Below are positions 15,909-23,376 of a DNA stretch of 32,000 nucleotides, piece by piece. The DNA lies in contig NC_014033.1 of the NCBI RefSeq assembly GCF_000025925.1, forward strand, positions 2,100,001-2,132,000, read 5' to 3'. Every line of letters begins with the position of its first letter. Within the stretch, counting starts at the first letter, position 1. The notes beneath the pieces were generated by a model. That model was given only the letters and a program-made list of their open reading frames with translations. It had not been told where the DNA came from and made no database searches. Both the position numbers and the translations under genes were made by a program. The stretch is from Xylanibacter ruminicola 23. GTDB taxonomy: Bacteria > Bacteroidota > Bacteroidia > Bacteroidales > Bacteroidaceae.

Positions 15909-15939
15909 CAAATATACGAAATATATCTGTAACGCCAAA
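15909..15939 (-). promoter_or_regulatory. Candidate Bacteroidetes-type promoter, probably the native promoter of the MBL-protease-ATPase operon, now separated from it by the IS21 insertion
   Basis: On the minus strand: TTTG (15939..15936), a 19-nt spacer, then TATATTTG (15916..15909). It lies just downstream of the terminator of the 205-aa gene. I found no other TAnnTTTG between it and ATG 12892 when the IS is ignored. Confidence 0.4.
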
Positions 15940-15975
15940 CAAAAACAAGAAAAAATAGAATTATTACCAAATATC

Positions 15976-16023
15976 TCAAAAATAACAAACCGCTAACCAA
16001 GCGTTTCTACTTAGTTAACGGTT
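15976..16023 (-). terminator. Rho-independent terminator of the 205-aa gene
   Basis: On the minus strand: AACCGTTAAC(TAAG)-loop-(CTTG)GTTAGCGGTT, a 10-14 bp stem with G-U pairs, followed by TTGTTATTTTTGA. It starts 30 nt after the stop at 16053. Confidence 0.55.
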
Positions 16024-16052
16024 ACCTTTCAATTTCTGGGTTCACTTCATAC

Positions 16053-16670
16053 CTATCTCTTGGCAAGAGGCAACGCTTCTTTCAACAAGCGCCTTTTCTC
16101 TTCATCGTATACCATTGAAATCTTACCAACCGGTTTTCCTCGGCCTTTTACATTTTCAAACAATTCTATCACAACATCTTCGGGCGAATAAATAATAAAG
16201 GCTCCTAACAATGTTCCATATACACATTTCAATTCCTTTCTAACAGGTTTTGGAGACACAAGAGACTTTAATCGAACTCTATCCTCATCGCGGTTTTTGA
16301 GGTTTTTCTTTTTCTTCATTTCAACAGCCAGGTAATTTGGCGCTTCACCTCTGCTTTGTATCAAAAGATCGCTCACCATATCTTTTGGCAGATGTTTACT
16401 ATTCTCGTATCTCTTAATTTCTCCATTACCCATACGATTATATTCTACATCTGCATAATACTTAGCAAAAAATGGTTTTTCTTTTCTCGCATCATATCTA
16501 CGCATAATGTTCTCCATATGAAGAGCCAATCTGGCGCAGATATTTCGTTCCGACACATCAAATTTGATATTCTCATAATCAAACTCATAAAGATACTGCA
16601 ATGCTGGTATCAATACCTCATCAAGAATAATCTCTTGTACGCTCTGTTCTCTAATTTTTCTTTCTTCCAT
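16053..16670 (-). CDS. 205-aa PD-(D/E)xK-like (restriction-endonuclease-fold) protein
   Basis: Motif arrangement: a helix with E (ERNICARLALHMEN), ...VSD-LLIQ..., ...YLAVEMKKKK (D...ExK). It shares its first 8 codons (MEERKIRE) and its leader with the 289-aa gene. Confidence 0.5.
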   Translation of the reverse strand: MEERKIREQSVQEIILDEVLIPALQYLYEFDYENIKFDVSERNICARLALHMENIMRRYDARKEKPFFAKYYADVEYNRMGNGEIKRYENSKHLPKDMVSDLLIQSRGEAPNYLAVEMKKKKNLKNRDEDRVRLKSLVSPKPVRKELKCVYGTLLGAFIIYSPEDVVIELFENVKGRGKPVGKISMVYDEEKRRLLKEALPLAKR

Positions 16671-16860
16671 AATTTTGATTTTTAGTTATTGAATATCAAT
16701 TATTCCTCACCTTTGCTTTTGTTAAGCAGGCCCCACTTGATTGATTGTATGAGAGTCATCCAAGTGGAGGCCTGCGTTATAACGAACTTTTTATATTGAT
16801 ATCTCACGACATCTCGTACCTTGATGCCACGAACCCGTCCCCTATCAGGATGGCGTGGTT
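16646..16860 (-). repeat. Leader repeat, copy A (~215 bp: upstream region plus first 25 nt of the 205-aa CDS)
   Basis: Aligns with 19843-20050 at roughly 90% or better identity by eye (about 11 substitutions and 2 short indels). Contains a 50-nt bulged hairpin at 16726-16775. Confidence 0.85.
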
Positions 16861-16936
16861 ACTGGGTTTATCTAAGTATTCCCATATCGCCACCTTTGGC
16901 AATTGAACCCTGTAAGCTTACAGAGTTCAACATATT

Positions 16937-17203
16937 CTACAGAGATTGCCCATCAAAAGGAACAAAATCTATATCATTAAAGTCACTGATAACGATCCTT
17001 ACATTGGGAGTATCAGAGTGTTCTTCCACAAAAGTGTTATGACCTTTTGTTCCAACATATTCTCTAACAGCATTGTCCATCACAGCATTGATTGCCGCAA
17101 TATTACTAGGATCACATGGCACATTAGCCCTAAAAACTGCAATCTTAAAACATTTGCCACTTTCTTGTTTGATAACAGTTTCAAATACATCAATTTTCTC
17201 CAT
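16937..17203 (-). CDS. Small 88-aa hypothetical protein
   Basis: ATG ORF, same strand, 100 nt downstream of the NdpA-like gene. No recognisable motif. Overlapping plus-strand ORFs look like antisense artefacts. Confidence 0.5.
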   Translation of the reverse strand: MEKIDVFETVIKQESGKCFKIAVFRANVPCDPSNIAAINAVMDNAVREYVGTKGHNTFVEEHSDTPNVRIVISDFNDIDFVPFDGQSL

Positions 17204-17303
17204 AGTTGTACAGTTTTAGTTAATAATTATTGTAATATAAAAAGCCGATTATATTGCTTTTTGTTTGTGAATTTCTTCGATTCTTTTTCAAGGTTATTAC
17301 ATT

Positions 17304-18329
17304 TTACTTCTCCTCCTTAAAATACAACTTATAGTATTTCATTCCTTTTTCTTCATCATAGCCTTTTTCCAGGAGATTCTCCCCACCTCGGATGCTGATG
17401 CCAAAATTATCATCCAGCTTGATGTTTGTCATATTGCCGAACGAGAGCTTCTTTAATGCCAGTGGTTCCGTTTTAAAATGGTCCACCACGCCATTACCAT
17501 CCTCTGTGATTGCATCTTGATTATACTTCAAAAAGCCCTGCGCGGTCTTTTCATCATCAAAAACACAGCCAACCATCTCTTTCAAGTCAAAATCGCCTCT
17601 TTTCAGAAAGTCCGTCAACCTATTGAGCATCATTGCCCTTTCATTCTTATCTACACTCTCTGTTAGCGACTTCACATAATCCTTACATACATTAATGGCC
17701 CTTTTCGTCTGATTATAACCATCATTTCTTGGAACCACATGCAAGAAGTCATCAATCCAGTATTTAGCTTCAGCACCACGTTTTGTCCTATCTACAACAG
17801 CCACAACATAACCATGTTCTTTTTCTATATTAAATATCAAGCAGCCTTTATCCAGTTTTTGCACATTTACCCCCATATCAAAATCAACAGACACATCGTC
17901 CTTTTCGTGCTTCACCTTCAAAAAACGTTCTTTATTCTCTGCTTTAAACAATCCTATCGCATCCACTAGTTTATGGTCTACTTCGCAGTTTTTAAACAGT
18001 ACCACAAAAAAATCACCTCCATTAATTTTTGGATGATTACTATGCTCATATAAACATCCTGCGATATCTATCGACTTCTCTACCAGAGTATTGTTGTCAT
18101 CAAAGATAGCAGAAACATGAGAATAAACCTCATTCATCTTTAACTCAGCCTCATGGTAGAAGTGGCAGAGAGCCTCAAGTTTAAATGGAGATAGGAAATA
18201 ATATTTTAGCATATTCTCCATCGCATCATCTATATACAACGAGTGGGAAGAGGTCTTTATCCCCTCTTCCGCCACTCTATTACCAACATAATGCACTATA
18301 GCGTTTGCTATTTTTATATTCTCATTCAT
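17304..18329 (-). CDS. Nucleoid-associated protein NdpA/YejK-like, 341 aa
   Basis: Resembles the YejK layout: N-terminal I-x-x-A-I-V-H-x-V-G-N, then GGDFFVVLF..., VNVQKLDKGCLIFN and AEAKYWIDDFLHV. This is pattern recognition from memory, not a search. Its start overlaps the upstream stop by 8 nt. Confidence 0.55.
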   Translation of the reverse strand: MNENIKIANAIVHYVGNRVAEEGIKTSSHSLYIDDAMENMLKYYFLSPFKLEALCHFYHEAELKMNEVYSHVSAIFDDNNTLVEKSIDIAGCLYEHSNHPKINGGDFFVVLFKNCEVDHKLVDAIGLFKAENKERFLKVKHEKDDVSVDFDMGVNVQKLDKGCLIFNIEKEHGYVVAVVDRTKRGAEAKYWIDDFLHVVPRNDGYNQTKRAINVCKDYVKSLTESVDKNERAMMLNRLTDFLKRGDFDLKEMVGCVFDDEKTAQGFLKYNQDAITEDGNGVVDHFKTEPLALKKLSFGNMTNIKLDDNFGISIRGGENLLEKGYDEEKGMKYYKLYFKEEK

Positions 18330-19011
18330 ATTTATTAAGATGATTTTTTAATACTCCAATTACCGCTTCCTTAATATCTTTCCACAAGCCATCCTCCTCA
18401 TTCTTGGTCATTTCTATATCCTGTCTTACGCAAAAATGAACAGTCTGCCCATAAGTAAAAAGATTCACAACCGTAGAACACAATAGAAGCATTGAAAACA
18501 GCCCAAAGAACAGAAGTGTAATATATATAAAGAAGTTTAATATTAAACAAACACATTCATTATCCACTGTCAGTTTCTGTTTCACAATCAAGTGAACACA
18601 AAACGCCAGTATCAAAGTAAAACATTGTATCAAAACCGATGATGCAAACACACAACTTGTGGTCTGAAAAAAACTCAGTTTCTGTTTGGTGCTCTTTAAT
18701 GGTTCCGACATACGTCCAATCAATTTCAAATCCGAAACGCCAATAATAAGCGCATACCCAGCAAGACTAAATCCTAGCAAACTAGGAAATGTTGATAGTA
18801 CGGTCGAGGCTAAATCATCTATATACTCAAATATCCGATTAGCCTCCCTGTTAAAAAAGAGCAAACATCCCCCAAACAGACAAGTTAAAATCAAACCAAA
18901 CTTAAACACAAAAGACTTTCGTATTTTGTCGATAGTATATCCATTACGGAATATCCCATCAATACTCACTTTGTGTCTCGTTCTCAGATCATTATCATCA
19001 TCCATTACCAT
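18322..19011 (-). CDS. 229-aa integral membrane protein (4 predicted TM helices)
   Basis: Hydrophobic segments are FVFKFGLILTCLFGGCLLFF, LSTFPSLLGFSLAGYALIIGV, SCVFASSVLIQCFTLILAFCVHLIV and VCLILNFFIYITLLFFGLFSMLLLCSTVVNLF. It overlaps both neighbouring genes (14 nt and 8 nt). Confidence 0.75.
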   Translation of the reverse strand: MVMDDDNDLRTRHKVSIDGIFRNGYTIDKIRKSFVFKFGLILTCLFGGCLLFFNREANRIFEYIDDLASTVLSTFPSLLGFSLAGYALIIGVSDLKLIGRMSEPLKSTKQKLSFFQTTSCVFASSVLIQCFTLILAFCVHLIVKQKLTVDNECVCLILNFFIYITLLFFGLFSMLLLCSTVVNLFTYGQTVHFCVRQDIEMTKNEEDGLWKDIKEAVIGVLKNHLNKYE

Positions 19012-19867
19012 TATTTCTAAATAAGTTCACCACTTGCGTCACTATATTCTTACGTAGAAGTGTCTCCTTGCATCTAATTGCAAGTGTTTTGGGGTGCCAA
19101 TCTGTAACAATCTTAGATGATACACCATCTTTTATAATTGAGGCCGTAACCTTTCCATAATGCTGAGCCAATCCGATAGCACCTTTAAGAATTCTCACAT
19201 TAACATCTATGTTACCGGTATTATCTGGAGTACCTTCTATTTTCAATCGTTTCATATGAGCAGCCTTCATCTGGTCATCCATAAATTCCATCGCTTCATC
19301 GCCATTGTCCTGATTACTATACGATACGTCAATCTCAAGTTTCTTTACGATATCAGCCTGGAATATCTGTTCAAAGTCCGACTCATCCTGTTCTTTTGTC
19401 ACCAAGAAATCCTCCCCTTCTTCTATAACCTGTGCTACAGCCTCATTTAAGAACTTCTCTACAGCATTTGCGCTGAAGCCACTTTTCATCACAAAAGCCA
19501 TTCGGTGTGCACCTGGTACAAAGAAGAAATCAGATTCCTTCAGATTGGGGAATGTATTTCTTGGAAGGTCAACACTCTCCACCTCCATATTCTCCAGATT
19601 AATCCAATCCTTGCCATCGATCACAGTATATGTTGAGATGCTTCCATACAATACGTCCCAGTTTCTGCCATTCACTTCAACCACATTATTAAACAGCGTA
19701 CGTAAAATCATATGCCTATCCCCTCTAATTGGGATCGAAACCTTTTCCTGGTTTATCTTCTTAATAATGTCAGTATAAGCAGCATCACCAGTACGGCTGT
19801 CCGACATCAACTTTACGTTAATCATCTGAACTTTATAGTTCAGTTCTCTAATTTTTCTTTCTTCCAT
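18998..19867 (-). CDS. 289-aa hypothetical soluble protein, first gene of the cassette
   Basis: ATG ORF with good coding texture. No motif recognised. Its N-terminus MEERKIRE and upstream ~190 bp are duplicated at the 205-aa gene. Confidence 0.75.
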   Translation of the reverse strand: MEERKIRELNYKVQMINVKLMSDSRTGDAAYTDIIKKINQEKVSIPIRGDRHMILRTLFNNVVEVNGRNWDVLYGSISTYTVIDGKDWINLENMEVESVDLPRNTFPNLKESDFFFVPGAHRMAFVMKSGFSANAVEKFLNEAVAQVIEEGEDFLVTKEQDESDFEQIFQADIVKKLEIDVSYSNQDNGDEAMEFMDDQMKAAHMKRLKIEGTPDNTGNIDVNVRILKGAIGLAQHYGKVTASIIKDGVSSKIVTDWHPKTLAIRCKETLLRKNIVTQVVNLFRNNGNG

Positions 19868-20050
19868 AATTTTGATTTTTAGTTATTGTACATAGATTAT
19901 TCCTCCCAGGTTTTGCTTTTGTTAAGCAGGCCCCACTTGAGTGATTGTATGAGAGTTATCCAAGTGGAGGCATGCGTTATGACAAACTTTTTATATTGAT
20001 ATCTCACGACATCTCGTACCTTTGATGTCACGTACCCGTCCCCTGGCAGG
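19843..20050 (-). repeat. Leader repeat, copy B
   Basis: See copy A. The hairpin is at 19926-19975. It starts ~30 nt downstream of the stop of the last polysaccharide-locus gene (20078). Confidence 0.85.
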
Positions 20051-20077
20051 GAGGCAGGGCGACATCCTAAATGCTGT

Positions 20078-21091
20078 TTACTCCAAGCACTGCTGCTTGT
20101 TGTCCTCATACCAATCTGCTAATGCTTCTTCGAATGTCCATTTCATTTGATAACCCGACGAAGCCATTTTCTTGCCACAGATGTTGGTTGAGATCTGCAG
20201 TTTCTTTACTCTTGCGGGACAGATGCCCATGGGGCTACCTACCATCTTAGCACAAACTGCCATTGGCATAATGATACTATTGGGGATATATGGCACTGAT
20301 TGCGACAGGCCTGTTACCTTTTTCATTGCCTTTACTATCTGCTCGATGGTATAGGCTGGTTCAAAGGTGCAGTTATAGATGTCAAACGATGTCTTACGCT
20401 CCTCTACATTCCATAGGATAAAGCGCACCAACTCTTTTACATACACACAGGCCTTGATGGTATCCTTACGACCAGGATAGGCAAATGTATGTTTGCGGAT
20501 GCCCCAATACAGTCGAGAGAAGTTGCCGTTTTCGCCACGACCGAATACCACACCTGGGCGAACGATTGTTAGTTTTCTGCCTTCACCCCCCTTCTGCCAT
20601 GCCATATGAATCTTCTCTGCCACCAGTTTCGATATACCATAAGGTGTGTTTGGTGTAGGCAGCGTATCCTCAGTCTTCAGTTGTTCAGAGGCGCCATATG
20701 GTGCTATGCTCGATGTAAACACCATATTCTTAATGCCATATTTCTCAGCAAATGCACACACGTTCTCAGCTCCACGGATATTCGTTTCAAAATACTCTAT
20801 ATCCTCGTGACCAGGTGTACGATGCACAGCTGCGAAGTTAAATATCACATCCTCTGCTGTCGGCGTAAAAGACAGTTCTCCTATTGGTTTCCTGATATCG
20901 CACTCTATATAAGTTGATCCCAGCTGCTCACCATCCCTAACCGCAGACTTATAGTTCTTCACTACAGGGTTAGGAGTTCCAGGCTTTACTATATCCAGAT
21001 TCCACACCTTGGCCTCTGGATGTACTTCGTTCAAAAGATTCGTCAGATGGGTACCAATAAAACCGGTACCGCCAGTAATAATATAATTCAT
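20078..21091 (-). CDS. NAD-dependent epimerase/dehydratase (extended SDR family)
   Basis: N-terminal GGTGFIG Rossmann motif and a YGISK (YxxxK) catalytic motif. 337 aa. Confidence 0.85.
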   Translation of the reverse strand: MNYIITGGTGFIGTHLTNLLNEVHPEAKVWNLDIVKPGTPNPVVKNYKSAVRDGEQLGSTYIECDIRKPIGELSFTPTAEDVIFNFAAVHRTPGHEDIEYFETNIRGAENVCAFAEKYGIKNMVFTSSIAPYGASEQLKTEDTLPTPNTPYGISKLVAEKIHMAWQKGGEGRKLTIVRPGVVFGRGENGNFSRLYWGIRKHTFAYPGRKDTIKACVYVKELVRFILWNVEERKTSFDIYNCTFEPAYTIEQIVKAMKKVTGLSQSVPYIPNSIIMPMAVCAKMVGSPMGICPARVKKLQISTNICGKKMASSGYQMKWTFEEALADWYEDNKQQCLE

Positions 21092-22203
21092 GATTTAAAC
21101 TCCTTGTATTTTTGCTCTACAAATTCTTTAATTTCTCTCTTAAAACGTTCTTCTGAAAAACCCTCAGCCCACTCTCTACAAACTCGTGGTGAGAAAGGCT
21201 GCTCACCCATACTCTCAAAATGCTTCACTGCCTCCATAATTGCCTCTGGCGTTTGCTCTTTAAAGAATAATCCTGTTTTACCATCACTTACAGTCTCCAG
21301 CGAGCCACCGTGACCATAAGCTATTACCGGTGTTCCGCAGCTCTCTGCTTCAATGGGTATCATACCAAAATCCTCGTCTGGTGCAAACACAAATGCTTTG
21401 GCATGCTGCATTTTCTCTTTTAATACATCAAAGGGCTGATAGCCCATTACTGTTACATTAGGGCCTGCAAGCTTTTTGTATTCTTCCAAATTAGGGCCAC
21501 CACCTATAACCACCAATTTCTTGTCTGGCATCTGATTAAATGCCTCTATAACAGCATCGATCTTTTTATATGCCACCAACCGACTACTGGTTAGGTAATA
21601 GTCTTGTTTATCCTCACATAGTTCAAATCGTGAGATATCAATGTTAGGGTGTATCGTCACAGAATCTCTACGGTAAGTCTCCTTAATTCGACGACCTACG
21701 TAGTCAGAGTTACTGATATAATAGTCCACACGGAAACTGCTCAGCATATCCCATTTTCTGATTCTATGCAACAGGTATCTTACCAACCAACTCTTTAAGC
21801 CCTCGGTCAAGTTCGACTCTTCCAGATACTCATTATACATATCCCAAACATAGCGTATCGGAGAGTGAACATAACTGATATGCAGTTGATCCTCCTTGGT
21901 TAAAACACCTTTTGCCACACAATGCGATGAAGAGATAACAACATCATACCCGCGGAGATCAAACTGCTCAATAGCAAACGGGAACAACGGCAGATAAGCA
22001 CGATGTTTCTTTGCACCAAATGGCATCTTCTGTATAAAAGATGTATGTACCTTTTCCCAAGGGATGCCCAATTCATCACAAATCTCTTTTTTGGCTACAA
22101 GCGTAAATATATCTGCATCAGGGAATACGTCATATATCGCCTTCACCACTTTATCAGACCCACCAACCGTAACGAGCCATTCTTGTATGATTGCTACTTT
22201 CAT
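21088..22203 (-). CDS. Glycosyltransferase family 4 (GT-B)
   Basis: C-terminal EDFGMIPIEAESCGTPVIAYGHGGSLETV (E-x7-E type motif). 371 aa. Overlaps the downstream gene by 4 nt. Confidence 0.8.
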   Translation of the reverse strand: MKVAIIQEWLVTVGGSDKVVKAIYDVFPDADIFTLVAKKEICDELGIPWEKVHTSFIQKMPFGAKKHRAYLPLFPFAIEQFDLRGYDVVISSSHCVAKGVLTKEDQLHISYVHSPIRYVWDMYNEYLEESNLTEGLKSWLVRYLLHRIRKWDMLSSFRVDYYISNSDYVGRRIKETYRRDSVTIHPNIDISRFELCEDKQDYYLTSSRLVAYKKIDAVIEAFNQMPDKKLVVIGGGPNLEEYKKLAGPNVTVMGYQPFDVLKEKMQHAKAFVFAPDEDFGMIPIEAESCGTPVIAYGHGGSLETVSDGKTGLFFKEQTPEAIMEAVKHFESMGEQPFSPRVCREWAEGFSEERFKREIKEFVEQKYKEFKS

Positions 22204-22210
22204 AATACCA

Positions 22211-23284
22211 TTAATTGATTAACTTCTCATATTCATCCATCAATGCATTTAGCATCTTCTCTTCTGTAAAATTGCTCTTAAAGAAATCCATAGATGCAGC
22301 AGACATTGCCTTATAACACTCCCTATCGGCCATAATGTTTTTTATAAGCTTTATTGCCTCTGTCTCGTTTTCAAATAAAAAGCCGTTATATCCATCTTTA
22401 ACTACTTCGTTGTTTCCTTTTACATTAGAAGCCACTATTGGCAATCCCACTGATGCAGCTTCAATCAATCCATAAGGTAGCCCCTCAAATCGCGATGTAG
22501 ATAAATACAAATCCGATGATAATAGATATTTCATAGGTTCAGTTGTAAACCCGACAAAGTCAATTGGTACATTTTCCTCTTTCGCCAGTTGTTCCAATCT
22601 CGTCTTATCCTCGCCATCGCCAACCCACACAAATCGTACATCCTTTGAACCAGCCCAATGTTTAGCAATCCTATACATACTATCCATATTCTTCTGATAG
22701 TCAAAACGAGATAATGTTACTATTGTCAATGGGCTGTGCAAAGCTTCATATTTATTATCGTATTGCGGAGCAGGGATACCATTGTATATAACAACGGTAT
22801 TATTACTTCTGGAAAACCTTCTGTCAAGAGCCATTTGCTTCTCGCCATTTGAAACACAAACATACAAATCAGCCAAAGGCGACAGCAATACACCAACTAT
22901 TTTTGACAAATAGAATTTTAGTATTGAACTATATACATCCGATATACCATGATATGTATGTACTACTTTCACTTTTGGATACAATACTTTCAGCATTCTG
23001 CTATACATCCCAGCTCCATTACCATGCGAGTGTATAATGTCTATTTTATTAGCCTTAACAAATCTCTTAAGCTCCAGCAAAGCCTTAACTGAGAAACTCC
23101 TGTACGGAATAAAAATTGTGCCCTTTATTCGCTTATCTGTCTTCCATAGTTCAGCATACGGATCGCCAACTTTAGGATAAGACATGTAAATTTCAACATC
23201 TGTTGGTAGATTCTTTACCAATTGATCTACATGCCGAGGTCCTCCGCCAAAGTCAGAGCGAACGGTAACAAATAGTATTTTCAT
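22211..23284 (-). CDS. Glycosyltransferase family 4 (GT-B)
   Basis: SRFEGLPYGLIEAASVGLPIVASNVKGNNEVV motif. 357 aa. Confidence 0.8.
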   Translation of the reverse strand: MKILFVTVRSDFGGGPRHVDQLVKNLPTDVEIYMSYPKVGDPYAELWKTDKRIKGTIFIPYRSFSVKALLELKRFVKANKIDIIHSHGNGAGMYSRMLKVLYPKVKVVHTYHGISDVYSSILKFYLSKIVGVLLSPLADLYVCVSNGEKQMALDRRFSRSNNTVVIYNGIPAPQYDNKYEALHSPLTIVTLSRFDYQKNMDSMYRIAKHWAGSKDVRFVWVGDGEDKTRLEQLAKEENVPIDFVGFTTEPMKYLLSSDLYLSTSRFEGLPYGLIEAASVGLPIVASNVKGNNEVVKDGYNGFLFENETEAIKLIKNIMADRECYKAMSAASMDFFKSNFTEEKMLNALMDEYEKLIN

Positions 23285-23376
23285 ATCATTATTCGATTCC
23301 TATTATTTATATCTAGAGTACCTCCCCCCAATATACAAACCACTAGCAGAAAAGAAAGTCCATAAAATAAAAACAG

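Noticed and set aside
16726-16860. Leader hairpin region as a retron msr/msd RNA or an integron attC site
   Set aside because: No reverse transcriptase or integron integrase gene is present in the window. The flanking GTTAAGC / GTTATAAC sequences do not fit the R''(RYYYAAC)...R'(GTTRRRY) order of attC. A substitution I first took for a wobble-preserving change turned out on recount to be a plain stem mismatch on both strands.
17304-19011. The 4-TM protein plus the downstream ~340-aa protein as a Kiwa (KwaA/KwaB) system
   Set aside because: Only topology and size are similar. The 341-aa protein reads as NdpA/YejK-like to me rather than DUF4868, and an extra coupled 289-aa gene precedes the pair. 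I cannot confirm this without a profile search, so it is kept only as an analogy.
19897-20109. 70-aa minus-strand ORF covering leader copy B
   Set aside because: The homologous leader copy A differs by frame-shifting indels and has no equivalent ORF. The ORF also overlaps the 3' end of the epimerase gene.
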